Shown in pieces: positions 11,622-22,588 of a stretch of DNA of 64,000 nucleotides. The stretch is from Spirochaetia bacterium (lineage in GTDB: Bacteria; Spirochaetota; Spirochaetia; SZUA-6; Bin103). Made by a program: the position numbers and the translations under genes. Each line of letters opens with the position of its first letter. The stretch's first letter is position 1. The notes beneath the pieces are model-generated. The model did no database searches. It was not told the DNA's origin and was given only the letters and a program-made list of their open reading frames with translations. Where the stretch lies: contig CBDAOI010000004.1 of the NCBI GenBank assembly GCA_965198005.1, forward strand, positions 2,368,001-2,432,000. The letters are read 5' to 3'.

Positions 11622-12578
11622 ATGAGAGCGTACATCATCCGCCGAGTTCTGCTCCTCATACCCACCTTCTTGCTCCTCACGATTCTGGTATTCCTGTCGG
11701 TGCGCTTCCTTCCGGGGGATGCAGTAGATGCGCTGATCAGTGATATGCAATATGTCGTAGGTGATATAGACCGTGAAGCGCTCGAGCGGATGATGGGACT
11801 GGACCAGCCGATCTACGTGCAGTATGGACGCTGGCTGGCGGGCATCTTCCTGCACGGCACGCTGGGCAATTCCCTCCTGAGCGACTGGCGGGTCGAGGAG
11901 AAGATACTCGGCAGGTTGCCGACGACCGTCGAGCTGGGAGTGATGGCGATCGTAATAGGTCTGCTGATCGGGCTGCCGGTCGGCATCTACTCGGCGATGC
12001 GCCGCAATACAGCCGCCGACTACGTCGGGCGGTCGGTCGCCATCATCGGCCTGGCAACGCCCAACTTCTGGCTGGCAACCTTGATATTGACCTTTCCTGC
12101 CATCTGGTGGGCCTGGTCGCCACCGTTGACGCTCGTTCCGTTCCGCACAGACCCGTGGGACAATCTGGCTGTCTTCATCGTGCCCAGCCTGATTCTGGGC
12201 ACCTATCTGGCGGCAGCCACCATGCGGATGACGCGCACCATGATGCTGGAGGTGCTCAGGCAGGACTACGTCAGGACCGCCTGGTCCAAGGGTCTCAAGG
12301 AGCGGGTCGTCATCGTCAGACACGCCATCAAGAACGCCCTGATCCCGGTGGTCACCCTGATCGGTCTGCAGATGCCGATCCTGATCGGCGGCTCGGTGAT
12401 CATGGAGAACATCTTCGGCCTGCCGGGGCTCGGTCGCCTGATGCTCGATGCCCTAACTGACAGAGACTACCCGGTGGTCGCCGGCATAAACTTGACGTTC
12501 GCGGCCGCGGTCATGGGAATCAACCTGATGGTCGACCTGATCTACGCTGTTCTGGATCCGCGGGTCCGGTACCGCTGA
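11622..12578 (+). CDS. ABC peptide transporter permease (DppB/OppB-like)
   Basis: YIIRR..PGD, GLDQP..VQY..WL, QDYVRTA.SKGL EAA loop, LDPRVRY. Confidence 0.95.
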   Translation: MRAYIIRRVLLLIPTFLLLTILVFLSVRFLPGDAVDALISDMQYVVGDIDREALERMMGLDQPIYVQYGRWLAGIFLHGTLGNSLLSDWRVEEKILGRLPTTVELGVMAIVIGLLIGLPVGIYSAMRRNTAADYVGRSVAIIGLATPNFWLATLILTFPAIWWAWSPPLTLVPFRTDPWDNLAVFIVPSLILGTYLAAATMRMTRTMMLEVLRQDYVRTAWSKGLKERVVIVRHAIKNALIPVVTLIGLQMPILIGGSVIMENIFGLPGLGRLMLDALTDRDYPVVAGINLTFAAAVMGINLMVDLIYAVLDPRVRYR

Positions 12579-13510
12579 TGGCCGAACGAGTGCCGGACGA
12601 ACGAGCCGCCGAACGGGCAGCCGCCGCCGCGACCAGGCGACCGGAGCGCCGGTTTTTTTTGGGTAAGTGGCTGAGACGACTGGTCAAGGAGCAGCCCCTG
12701 GGTGCGTTCGGGGGCGTGGTGCTGCTGGCGCTGGTCCTGGTCAGCATCTTTGCCGGTTTCCTGGCGGGGCACGATCCCAACCAGATGACGCTGGCCGACC
12801 GGCTGCAGGGCCCGTCGGGCGAGTATCCGCTGGGCACCGACCAGCTCGGGCGCGACTTCCTGAGCCGCCTGATCTACGGGGCGCGCATCTCGCTGTTCGT
12901 CGGTCTGGCGGCAACCACGCTGCACGTGGTGGTTGCGATGCTGATAGGCGGCACCGCGGGATTCATCGGCGGCAAACTGGACCTGTTGGTGCAGCGGTTC
13001 GTCGATGCCTGGATGTCGTTCCCGGGCCTGCTGCTGTTGCTCACGATCATGTCAATCGCCGGGCAGGGGCTGCTGCAGATAATCGTGATTCTGGGGGTAT
13101 CCTCGGGCATCAGCAATTCGCGGGTGGTGCGCGGCGCGGTGATCGGGATCAAGGAGAACGACTACTTCCAGGCCGCGCAGGCGATTGGCGAGGGCATCTC
13201 CGGGACCCTGCGGCGGCACGTGCTGCCCAACATCATGGCGCCGATCATCGTGATCTTCTCGATCACCATCGGCGGCATCATCGTGGCGGAGGCGTCGTTG
13301 AGCTTCTTAGGGTTTGGCCTGCCGCCCGGGGTGCCGAGCTGGGGCGGAATGCTGAGCCGGGAAGGGCGCCAGTACATGGAGATGGCGCCGCGGCTGGCGA
13401 TCTGGCCGGGCCTGTGCCTGACCATCGTGGTGTACAGCATCAACATGTTCGGCGACGCGCTGCGCGACCTGCTCGACCCCCGGCTGCGCGGCAGCGTCGG
13501 CAGCGTCTGA
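12578..13510 (+). CDS. ABC peptide transporter permease (DppC/OppC-like)
   Basis: LGTDQLGRD.LSRLIYGARISL, HVLPN, EASLSFLG.G, PSWG.ML, GDALRDLLDPR. Confidence 0.95.
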   Translation: MAERVPDERAAERAAAAATRRPERRFFLGKWLRRLVKEQPLGAFGGVVLLALVLVSIFAGFLAGHDPNQMTLADRLQGPSGEYPLGTDQLGRDFLSRLIYGARISLFVGLAATTLHVVVAMLIGGTAGFIGGKLDLLVQRFVDAWMSFPGLLLLLTIMSIAGQGLLQIIVILGVSSGISNSRVVRGAVIGIKENDYFQAAQAIGEGISGTLRRHVLPNIMAPIIVIFSITIGGIIVAEASLSFLGFGLPPGVPSWGGMLSREGRQYMEMAPRLAIWPGLCLTIVVYSINMFGDALRDLLDPRLRGSVGSV

Positions 13511-13532
13511 CCGCCACTGTCGGCAGCCATGC

Positions 13533-13811
13533 CTATTCGTCCACTCGCCGTAGAGCTTCGTCCATCACCTGTCGCGAGAGATGAAGACCAGCGATCATCA
13601 TTTCCTTGATGACGGGCCGAGCTTTCGGGATGAGCCCTCGTCCCTTAACTGCCTTCCCGTCCCTGGCAGACACCTCTGCTGTCGCTGGGACGGCCGTCGG
13701 GTGGATGCATGGTTGGTGTACGGAGAAGCAGACTGGCGCCCTCGGTGATCGGACGCCGCCGCTCCAGCTCGTGGGCCTGCTGTTCAGTATCTTTATGCCG
13801 ACCGACCTCAT
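13533..13811 (-). pseudogene. Fused TA remnants (Phd-like start, DUF3368-like end)
   Basis: MRSVGIKIL..R start resembles Phd antitoxins; KGRGLIPKARPVIKEM...GLHLSRQVMDEALRRVDE resembles the DUF3368 C-terminus. Confidence 0.45.
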
Positions 13812-13881
13812 GGGACGTGGGGTAGCTCCTAGTAGCTACTTCGTCAAGGTGTTTCGGCATCAAGGAGCACGGCTCCTTCGG

Positions 13882-13910
13882 TTGATCAGCGCGCCGTCTC
13901 GGGTTATACT
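13882..13910 (+). promoter_or_regulatory. Sigma70 promoter, probably giving a leaderless mRNA
   Basis: TTGATC-17-TATACT, 6 nt before ATG 13917. Confidence 0.65.
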
Positions 13911-13916
13911 GCTGGT

Positions 13917-14156
13917 ATGAAAACGGCTGTGTCCCTTCCTGATGAGCTCTTTCATGCCGCGGAACGGCACGCACGAAGGTCGAACAAGTCCCGCAGTCGG
14001 CTCTACACCGAGGCGATCGCCGAGTACCTCGACCGACATACCCCTGATGAGGTCACCAAAGCTATGGACCGGGTGGTCGACCGTCTCGGCGAAACGGAAA
14101 GCGACGATTTCGTATCGCGTGCAGCGCAGCACACACTGGAACGTGTCGAATGGTAG
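13917..14156 (+). CDS. RHH/CopG antitoxin (MazE partner)
   Basis: MKTAVSLPDELF..AE..A.....SRSRLY..AI..YL. Confidence 0.9.
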   Translation: MKTAVSLPDELFHAAERHARRSNKSRSRLYTEAIAEYLDRHTPDEVTKAMDRVVDRLGETESDDFVSRAAQHTLERVEW

Positions 14157-14497
14157 ACCTTGCTCAAGGAGAGGTGTGGTGGGCCGAGTTGCCGGAGCCG
14201 GTAGGTTCCGGCCCTGGTCTGAGGCGACCGATCGTGGTGGTTCAGGGGAACTCCTTGAACCGGAGCCGGATCTCGACGGTAGTGTGCGTTCCGCTGACGA
14301 GCAACCTGGCCTGGGCGGATGCGCCCGGCAACACGGTGCTGCCGGCGACAGTCACCGGCTTGCCGAAAGACTCGGTCGCGAACTCATCGCAGATCGTCGC
14401 GCTTGATCGGCGCGCTCTGGTAGAGCGCGTACGCCGGCTCGAGGATAGGCAGTTGGCGCTCATTATCCGCGGCATCGACATCGTCCTGGGTCGCTAA
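14150..14497 (+). CDS. PemK/MazF family toxin
   Basis: GEVWWAELPEPVGS.PG.RRP.VVVQ...N, VPLTSN, GLPKDSVAN.SQI. Confidence 0.94.
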   Translation: MVDLAQGEVWWAELPEPVGSGPGLRRPIVVVQGNSLNRSRISTVVCVPLTSNLAWADAPGNTVLPATVTGLPKDSVANSSQIVALDRRALVERVRRLEDRQLALIIRGIDIVLGR

Positions 14498-14519
14498 GCC
14501 CAGGCGCTGCATAAAGGAA

Positions 14520-15395
14520 ATGCAAGAATTCAAAGACAAAGTGGCGGTGGTCACGGGAGCCGCCAGCGGTATGGGGCGTGCATTAGTGGAACGTTTTGCG
14601 CTCGAAGGCATGAAAGTGGTGCTGGCTGATGTCGAGGAAAGGGCGCTGGACACCGCAGTGGAGGAACTGCAAGGGCGGGGGTTCGAGGTAATCGGTCAAT
14701 TGGCTGACGTCTCGCAGTTGGCACAGGTTGAAGCGGTGCGCGATCTGACCCTTGAGCAATACGGTAAGGTCCATATCCTCTGCAACAATGCCGGTGTTAC
14801 CTGTGCCTGGGGAGAGACCCCAACTTGGGAAGCCACTATCCATGATTGGGAATGGGTGCTGGGTGTCAACCTTTGGGGTGTCATCCATGGCGTGCGTACC
14901 TTTCTACCGGTCATGATCGAACAGGATGAGGAAGGGCATGTGGTTAACAATTCCTCCGTGGCCGGCCTCGTAACTGGCCCCGGCGCGACCTACGAAGTGA
15001 GTAAGGTTGGCGTGACCAGGATCACGGAGGCTTTGTACTATGAACTGGCGATGTGTGAAAGCAAAGTGAAGTGCACGTTGCTGTGCCCCGGCGAAGTTGC
15101 GACCAATCTGGACCTGGCAGGACGGAACCGTCCCCCAGCCCTGAGAGATGAACATGAGGCTGGGCGTCAAGCAGCACTCGCAGCGCAAAGCCAAGGGCGC
15201 CACGAGCGCCACCAAAGGGATGGGATGGCTCCATCAGAAGTGGCCGACCGCGTGTTGAATGCCATCAAGGAGGAAAAGTTCTACCTCATCACAGAGCCTA
15301 ATCCAGCCTCGCTGGTAAGAATCAAGGATAACGTACGCGTTCGCATGGAATCCATCATCGCTGAACGCAACCTCCCTCTACCCCGTCATCGTTGA
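14520..15395 (+). CDS. SDR family oxidoreductase
   Basis: TGAASGMG, NNAG, YEVSK. Confidence 0.92.
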   Translation: MQEFKDKVAVVTGAASGMGRALVERFALEGMKVVLADVEERALDTAVEELQGRGFEVIGQLADVSQLAQVEAVRDLTLEQYGKVHILCNNAGVTCAWGETPTWEATIHDWEWVLGVNLWGVIHGVRTFLPVMIEQDEEGHVVNNSSVAGLVTGPGATYEVSKVGVTRITEALYYELAMCESKVKCTLLCPGEVATNLDLAGRNRPPALRDEHEAGRQAALAAQSQGRHERHQRDGMAPSEVADRVLNAIKEEKFYLITEPNPASLVRIKDNVRVRMESIIAERNLPLPRHR

Positions 15396-15765
15396 TGCGG
15401 GAATAGAACGACAGGCATCGCCGCAGGGTCGCCTCTCGGGCAGCGCGTCCCGAATAGCGAGCGTCACGATTTTAAGTGTTGCGCCTTCAGGCCCGTCGAA
15501 ACGGGCTACTGTTGCGGTGCCACCATCTGGTAGGCCGGTCGGCGCCGCATCCCACGGCCGGCCATTCCGACCTTTGAATCGTTGGCGCCGCCACGGCGCT
15601 CACAGCCGCCGTGATTGCCTATTGACGTGTTTGCCACAGGTGTGCCATGGTAAGCGCCACGGGTTTTGAACGGATGCAAATGACACGTGGTTACACCACT
15701 CAGCACTGCCACCGGTTAGCGCCCCAAGACCGACGCCCGAGGCGCCGCCCCGCAGGACCGTAGCC

Positions 15766-16275
15766 ACATCAAGGATTGGCGGAACCTGGTCGGCACGGGG
15801 CCGATGGAGCTCACTGACGTGGTCGAAGGCGCCTCTCTGAAGTGGACCCGGGTGCCCGACTACTGGGGGTTCGACGAGAAGTTCCCCCAGAACCGCTTGC
15901 CCTACGTCGACGAGATAAGCGCCCTCGACATGTCGGATCCTGCGGCGCGTCTGGCGGCACTGCGCTCGGGCAAGGTGGATATGCTGGGGACTGTCGGCGA
16001 CTCTCAAGTGAGGTCAATCGATCAGATGAAAAGCCTGGACCAGACCAATCCCGAGATCAATACGTGGGGCTACCAGTTTCGGTCTGAACACGCATTTGCG
16101 CCCAACAACATCAGCACACCGCCATTCAATGACATCCGCGTGCGGCGGGCCATGCAGATGGCGCTGGATCTGGAGACGATCAGTGAGACCTACTTCAGCG
16201 GTTTGGCCGATCCGACTCCGCAGGGGTTCTTGAACAATGCCAAGCAGGGGATTGGCACGCCATTCGAAGAGTGGC
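15766..16275 (+). pseudogene. Family-5 SBP, internal fragment
   Basis: Paralogous to the SBP at 9693 (IKDWRNLVGTGP...GTPFEEW); both ends missing. Confidence 0.85.
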
Positions 16276-16368
16276 ATCAACCTGACGTTCGCGGCCGCGG
16301 TGATGGCAATCAACCTGATGGTCGACCTGATCTACGCCGTTCTGGATCCGCGGGTCCGGTACCGCTGA
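16273..16368 (+). pseudogene. DppB-like permease, C-terminal fragment
   Basis: Near-identical to 12483-12578 (GINLTFAAAVM...LDPRVRYR). Confidence 0.85.
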
Positions 16369-17245
16369 TGGCACTGATGGGTGAACGAGTGACGGCCGAA
16401 CGGGCAGCCGCCGCGGCGCCGAAGCGACCGGAGCGCCGGTTTTTTTGGGTAAGTGGCTGAGACGACTGGTCAAGGAGCAGCCCCTGGGTGCGTTCGGGGG
16501 CGTGGTGCTGCTGGCGCTGGTCCTGGTCAGCATCTTTGCCGGTTTCCTGGCGGGGCACGATCCCAACCAGATGACACTGGCCGACCGGCTGCAGGGCCCG
16601 TCGGGCGAGTACCCGCTGGGCACCGACCAGCTCGGGCGCGACTTCCTGAGCCGGCTGATCTACGGGGCGCGCATCTCGCTGTTCGTCGGTCTGGCAGCGA
16701 CCACGCTGCACGTGGTGGTTGCGATGCTGATAGGCGGCACCGCGGGGTTCATCGGCGGCAAACTGGACCTGTTGGTGCAGCGGTTCGTCGATGCCTGGAT
16801 GTCGTTCCCGGGCCTGCTGCTGTTGCTCACGATCATGTCGATCGCCGGGCAGGGGCTGCTGCAGATAATCGTGATTCTGGGGGTATCCTCCGGTATCAGC
16901 AATTCGCGGGTGGTGCGCGGCGCGGTGATCGGGATCAAGGAGAACGACTACTTCCAGGCCGCGCAGGCGATCGGCGAGCGCACCTCCGGGACCCTGCGGC
17001 GGCACGTGCTGCCCAACATCATGGCGCCGATCATCGTGATCTTCTCGATCACCATCGGCGGCATCATTGTGGCGGAGGCGTCGTTGAGCTTCTTAGGGTT
17101 TGGCCTGCCGCCCGGGGTGCCGAGCTGGGGCGGGATGCTGAGCCGGGAAGGGCGCCAGTACATGGAGATGGCGCCGCGCTTGGCGATCTGGCCGGGCCTG
17201 TGCCTGACCATCGTGGTCTACAGCATCAACATGTTCGGCGACGCC
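16368..17245 (+). pseudogene. DppC-like permease (frameshift in a T-run, 3' truncated)
   Basis: Near-identical to 12578-13460; T7 at 16440 versus T8 at 12653; cut off after MFGDA. Confidence 0.88.
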
Positions 17246-17592
17246 CATCCTTCGAGTTGAGCGTGTGCGCCGATGAAGAAATCTGGCAGCGGGACCAGGG
17301 GCGCCACCGTTCCTTGCTGCTTTCGGCGCCGCTCGCGGTACCGGCGATAGGCGGCCGCACATCCGGCTGATGCGGCCGCCGGAAGGTCGAGGGTCTGCAC
17401 GCCCCACGACCGCAGGCGACCGGCTGCCAACTCCGGCTGCCGGTCACCGACACCGACCTCGGCAATGCTGACCGCATTCGCGCCGGCGCCATCACCGACA
17501 ACACCTTCGGCGATCGTCGAAATCGCCCACTCGTGGAACGGTGAGCGCGGCTGAGACGCGTAGATCAGAACGTTGGTGTCGAGCAGGATCAC
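17246..17592 (-). CDS. PIN-domain (VapC-like) toxin, C-terminus probably truncated
   Basis: ILLDTNVLI, SIAEV, LPDFFIGAHA. Confidence 0.85.
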
Positions 17593-17822
17593 GGCTCGCG
17601 GGTCACCTCACGCAGTTCGTCCCAGGCGAGGGTGGGGCGAAGCGGAGCGGCCTCGATCGCGGCTCGACACTCATCGAAGCTCATTTGTCGCGTGGAGCCA
17701 ACCGGTTCAAGGCGGGTCAAGACGATCCGGCTATCGGACTCCTCCGCGACGCTGAACACCTCCCCGGGACGAGTAGCTCCGAGCACGATCCGTTTCTTCG
17801 AATCGATCACGCGCACCCTCAT
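17589..17822 (-). CDS. AbrB-like antitoxin
   Basis: MRVRVIDSKKRIVL...PGEVF; GTGA-coupled to the PIN gene; TTGACA promoter just upstream. Confidence 0.75.
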   Translation of the reverse strand: MRVRVIDSKKRIVLGATRPGEVFSVAEESDSRIVLTRLEPVGSTRQMSFDECRAAIEAAPLRPTLAWDELREVTREP

Positions 17823-18370
17823 AATGGGAATTTTCCACCCTTCGCCGCATCTGTCAAGCTGACCCGGGTGCGGCGTGCCAAGCAGCCGTTCCGTCCGACC
17901 GGGCGGCGCACGCCGTACCTGCGTGTGCTGTTCCAACAGGTCGACGAGGAACTCTGGCGCTGATGCGCATCTGTCCGGACATCTCCGGGTACAGCCACTT
18001 CAGGCGAGGGATGCCGGAGGCGGTGCGAACCGTGACCCGGGCCCGGTCGGTGTTGGTGGCGGCCATCCTCCTGGGCGAGTGGGTGCCGGGTTGGCGGCCA
18101 TCCGCCGTCGGCGCCGGTCGGGAGCGGCACACCACCCCGCATCGCGTTGGCACGCAGGTGCGGACGCCCGTCGAGCGGTCGGTGTTGGCCTGATGGGACG
18201 CACCCGCGCCACGCGCTGGGCACGCCACAACACCGCCGGCACCCAGACCAGACCCTATTCTGGTCCGAAAAAGCGGACCAGCGGGCGATGCCTGTGCATC
18301 GCTTTTCATGGTCTTCCGTATCACGCAGTGACCGTGCCGACTCTATCAATTGCCGAAACCTACAGAAAAT

Positions 18371-18546
18371 GGAGGTGCAAATGATACTCAAAGAACCGCA
18401 CGCGCGCGCGGCGTGAGCCCGGGTGAACCCGGTGAGTCACACGCCGCGCGCTTCAGGAAGTTGACTCTATCTGGCTGGTCGCCTGCGTTGCGGGCGCGAG
18501 AGTAGCCAGGAAGCGGCAATCCGCTTCGCAATACTCTCGAAAAATC
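18371..18546 (+). promoter_or_regulatory. Conserved SBP leader (uORF + hairpins), copy 2
   Basis: GGAGGTG SD; uORF 18381-18416 MILKEPHARAA; 12-bp stem GCGCGCGGCGTG/CACGCCGCGCGC; downstream multi-stem. Confidence 0.85.
18381..18416 (+). CDS. Putative leader peptide MILKEPHARAA
   Basis: Strong SD, conserved with a synonymous change in copy 3. Confidence 0.6.
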   Translation: MILKEPHARAA

Positions 18547-18563
18547 CACATACGGAGAAACGT

Positions 18564-19737
18564 ATGAACATTGTAAAAATCAGAATGACCTTCGCGATTG
18601 CGTTGGTCCTCGCCCTGACCGCAACCGGCCTCTGGGCCGCCGGCGCAGATGAGGAGCCGGCAGCCGCCGCCGACAAGAAGTATGTAACCGACCCCACAAC
18701 CGGCAAGGTGGTGACTGCGCCAGAGTATGGCGGGACAATAACCTTCGCCCGAAAAGAAGAGCCGGCGGGTCCTGACGCCGTGCTCAGTGGTTTATGGGTG
18801 CTAGACTACGTCGGTGGCGTTCTAGAGAAGCTGGCCATGGCGGACTGGGCAACGCCCAGAGACAAATTTGACTTCGTAGGTTATGCAGTGCCTCTATTCG
18901 CCTTAAAAGGGGCCCTGGCGGAAAGCTGGTCGCAGCCCGACCCACTGACGTATGTCGTCAAAGTCCGCCAGGGCGTTCACTGGCACGATAAGGCACCGAT
19001 GAACGGTCGGGAGCTGACTGCCGATGATATCGTATATAACTATCACCGAATCTTGGGACTCGGCAGCGGGTTCACCGAACCTAGCGAATTTGCCACCACT
19101 AGCTGGGCCGGTGTGCAAGTGGAATCGATAACGGCCACCGACAAATGGACGGTTGTTTTTAAGCTGAAGGAGCTAAACCTCCGTGCGCTGGCTGCTATCC
19201 TCGACGGCCACATCGTCTGGATATACCCCCCCGAGGTAATCAAGGAACACGGGGACGTTACGGATTGGAGGAACCTGGTCGGCACCGGACCCTTTATGCT
19301 GACTGACTGGACCGAGGGCAGCTCTGTCACCTGGGACAAGAACCCTGACTACTGGGGCTACGACGAAAAATACCCGGAGAACCGCCTGCCCTATGTCGAC
19401 CAATTAAGGGCTCTGCTTATGCCCGAGGTGGCAACAATGTTGGCGGCACTGCGCACAGGTAGGGTTGATCGTGGATACGAATTAAGGAGTCTCGACCAGG
19501 TAGAGAGCCTCCAGCGCACTAACCCCGAAATCGTGATATGGCCATTTTCCAATCGGTCGGATAATGCTTTCGGTATGAACGTTCAGTTGCCGCCCTTTGA
19601 CGACATCAGGGTGCGCAAGGCACTGCAGATGGCAATAAACCTCGAGGAAATTAACAATGCCTTCTACAAGGGTTATGCAGATGTGACACCCCCGCCTCTG
19701 GGTTGATAGTGAGCTGAAGGAGGCAATGGGTCGATAG
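18564..19737 (+). pseudogene. Family-5 SBP with internal deletion
   Basis: Intact N-terminal ~375 aa, then a jump at ~19690 to the C-terminal RLWVDSELKEAMGR in another frame. Confidence 0.88.
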
Positions 19738-19769
19738 AGGGAGCGAATCCCTACTGACCACGCAAAAAA

Positions 19770-19810
19770 GGGGGCTGGGGGGTTGCGCTTCCGAGCGCGT
19801 CCCAGCCCCT
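19770..19810. repeat. Intercistronic REP-like hairpin
   Basis: GGGGCTGGG/CCCAGCCCC stem, loop GCGCTTCCGAGCGCG. Confidence 0.7.
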
Positions 19811-19833
19811 CACTCCTCATTGATAGGTGTTTC

Positions 19834-20636
19834 GTGAGAGCCTATATTATCAGGCGATTATTGCTCATCATCCCCACCATGTTCATATTGAGCATCCTGG
19901 TCTTTCTCTCGGTCCGCTTCATCCCCGGAGATGTAGTAGACGTAATGATGGGTAGGATGGAATACCAAACGATGGGGGCGCAACCATTGAGCTTGGTTTG
20001 ATGGCAATCCTCATCGGGCTGGTGATCGCGTTGCCGGTCGGCATCTACTCGGCGATTCGCCAGGATACCGTCGCCGACTTCCTGGGGCGCTCGGTCGCCA
20101 TCGTCGGCCTGGCCACGCCGAACTTCTGGCTCGGCATAATGGTCATGATCTACCCAGCCATCTGGTGGGGCTGGGCGCCGCCGCTGGAGCTGGTTTCTTT
20201 CACAGAGGACCCGCTGGGGAATCTGGCGGTGTTCGTCATTCCCAGCCTGATTCTGGGAACGGCCGCTGCTGCCGCCACCATGCGGATGACGCGCGCCATG
20301 ATGCTGGAGGTGCTCCGGCAGGATTTTATCAGGACGGCCTGGGCGAAGGGCTTGCGGGAGCGGGCCGTGGTGATCCGACACGCGGTCAAGAATGCCCTGA
20401 TCCCGGTGGTGTCCCTGATCGGCCTGCAGTTGCCGATTCTGGTGGGGGGCGCCGTGATCATGGAGAACATCTTCAACCTGCCGGGCCTCGGCCGCCTCCT
20501 GCTGAATGCCCTCAATGAGAGAGATTACCCGATGGTCTCCGGCATCAACCTGTTCTTCGCCACCGGGGTGGTGCTGATCAACCTGCTCATCGACTTGGTC
20601 TACGCCGTCTTGGACCCCAGGGTCCGCTATGACTGA
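19834..20636 (+). pseudogene. DppB-like permease with internal deletion/frameshift
   Basis: Paralog of 27894-28853; the segment between ..YQTMG and IELGLMA is missing at ~19985. Confidence 0.87.
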
Positions 20637-20837
20637 CACGGCGGTGCTGCGCCGGGTGGAGCGGGCGCCGGGTGGAGCGGGCGCCCGGTGCGGCGGAGGC
20701 AACGAAGCCGGCGGCGTGGCCAAAGCCGGGTCGCAGTCGGTCGTCCGGGTAAGGAAGCCGCGGCGGGAATTGACATTTACGGCACTTGTTGCATTCGTGA
20801 CGTTTGTTGGTTACCGTTGGAAAGCAAGTACGGGAGG

Positions 20838-21305
20838 ATGTTGATGGATGATCACGGGCCGGTCAGTTTCATGGAAACGACGTTGCCAGATGATCGGGAC
20901 GTGGCGCTCGCTGCGCGCTCGAGCCGGAAGCTGGCGGCGCTGAACGACAGCTCCGAGCCGGTGCCGGCACGGTTCGGGATGGTCGAGACGGAAACCGTAC
21001 AGCTTCCCGCTCCGGCGATGCGGCTTCTCCGCGAGATCCTGGACCAGATGGCACGCGGCCATGCGGTAACGCTGGCGCCCGTCCATGCCGAGTTGACCAC
21101 GCGGCAGGCTGCCGATCTCCTGCAAGTGTCCCGGACTCATCTGGTGCAACTGCTCAAGGACGGAAAAATCCCCTGCCGCAAGGTCGGGTCGCACCGGCGC
21201 GTGCGAACGGAGGATATCATCGCCTATCGTCGTGCCACCCAGTCTCGCCGGCGGGACGCGCTGAACGAGTTGACTGCCTACGATCAAGAGCTTGGGCTGC
21301 AGTAG
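20838..21305 (+). CDS. Excisionase-like HTH DNA-binding protein (antitoxin)
   Basis: ELTTRQAADLLQVSR.HLV.LL..G.IP..KVGSHRRV; SD GGGAGG. Confidence 0.9.
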   Translation: MLMDDHGPVSFMETTLPDDRDVALAARSSRKLAALNDSSEPVPARFGMVETETVQLPAPAMRLLREILDQMARGHAVTLAPVHAELTTRQAADLLQVSRTHLVQLLKDGKIPCRKVGSHRRVRTEDIIAYRRATQSRRRDALNELTAYDQELGLQ

Positions 21306-21308
21306 CGA

Positions 21309-21878
21309 ATGCAGCACCGGGCGGCGCTGCTCGACGCCAATGTATTGTATCCGGCGGGCGTCCGGGACATCTTGTTGCGTCTGGCGGATCGGGGCCTGTT
21401 CAGACCGTTGTGGACGGCACAGATCCATGACGAGTGGATCCAAAACCTTCTCTCTGACCGCCCTGAACTGACGGCCGACAAGCTGCAGCGGACAAGGTCG
21501 ACGATGGACGAACACTTTCCCGAGGCCATGGTCATCAGCTACGAAAGCCTCATACCAGGGCTTGATCTCCCCGACCCGAGAGACCGCCACGTCCTGGCGG
21601 CAGCGATCTGCGCCCGAGCGGATGTGATTGTAACCCGGAACCTGCGTGACTTTCCGGCGGACAGATTGACGCCGCACGGGCTGGCGGCGCAGCATCCCGA
21701 TGAGTTCATATTGGGTCTCCTTGATGCACACCATGGAGACGTGCTCGCAGCGGTTCGCGATCATCGCACCGCGTTGAGGAATCCACCACGATCGCCTGAG
21801 GAGCATTTGGCGGCCCTCGAGAGCGGCGGCTTGGTGCAATCCGCCTCCATACTCCGCGATTACATGGACACAATATAG
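21309..21878 (+). CDS. PIN-domain protein (toxin partner of the HTH protein)
   Basis: LLDANVLYP, LPDPRDRHVLAAAI, IVTRNLRDFP. Confidence 0.92.
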   Translation: MQHRAALLDANVLYPAGVRDILLRLADRGLFRPLWTAQIHDEWIQNLLSDRPELTADKLQRTRSTMDEHFPEAMVISYESLIPGLDLPDPRDRHVLAAAICARADVIVTRNLRDFPADRLTPHGLAAQHPDEFILGLLDAHHGDVLAAVRDHRTALRNPPRSPEEHLAALESGGLVQSASILRDYMDTI

Positions 21879-22010
21879 CTCGACATGCGCCGAGGTCGAG
21901 TGGATCAGCGCCAGCGCCAAGCACCAACTCGACGACGCCGTTGACAGTTTGCCGCGGGCGTGCGACCGTCCACCGCTCGCACGGCCCACGGTCAGCGCAG
22001 TGACCGGTTG

Positions 22011-22153
22011 CCGGTGACGCCGGTGACGTCCGAGCGCTTGACCGCTGTTGCAGCGTCGGCTAGGGTGACCACCGTGGGAGCCTCACCGATGCGGCTGATG
22101 CCTGACGTGCCTGACGACACGCGCTTGACGGCTGTCGCAGCGTCGGCTATGGT
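22011..22153 (+). repeat. Tandem duplicated promoter-like units (period ~87 nt)
   Basis: TTGACC-17-TAGGGT (22038-22066) and TTGACG-17-TATGGT (22125-22153) with near-identical spacers. Confidence 0.65.
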
Positions 22154-22304
22154 GCCTGCCTTGGGGATTGTGAGCGATGCGCATGATGCATGACGATACC
22201 TACCCGCACAGCCACTGGTTAGCCTCGAAGCGGCCGGTGATACGTCTGTCTACCCCCCCCGTACCCCCCTGTACCCTTTAGAGATTAGAAAGTTCGTCAG
22301 GGAC

Positions 22305-22588
22305 TGCTAGAATCCCAGGCGGGCAAGGCAGCCTACCGGGAGCAACCTTGAGCCCCCCGCGCCGTAGAGCGCCCGGGGGGGACGTGTGCCCCGGTAGGAG
22401 TGCCGCGATGGATACCCAGTGAGGAGCTTCCCACCGGGCGGGGCCCGGCGTGGTCATGTAAGAAACTGTTGTTTCTTAGGAGTAGTGCCAGGTGGGAAGG
22501 TGCCAGGAGCACCGGAGCACCGGAGCACCAGTACAGGGGTGGAACGACATCGTGGCAGCCGAGCTCCACAATCTCTGGAGGTGACAGG
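22305..22588 (+). ncRNA. Putative IS110 bridge-RNA-like noncoding end
   Basis: Extended -10 TGcTAGAAT, then two stem/internal-loop/stem structures upstream of the IS110 transposase. Confidence 0.55.

Noticed and set aside
16440-16446. T-run frameshift as phase variation
   Set aside because: The run is short, the copy is truncated anyway, and similar 1-nt indels across the window suggest sequencing error
12578-17245. Near-identical DppC copies as a DGR template/variable repeat pair
   Set aside because: Differences are mostly synonymous third-position changes of all base types, not adenine-specific, and no reverse transcriptase is in the window
17960-18060. Minus-strand ..PRLKWLYPE.. as an IS630 C-terminal remnant
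   Set aside because: The similarity is too short to support
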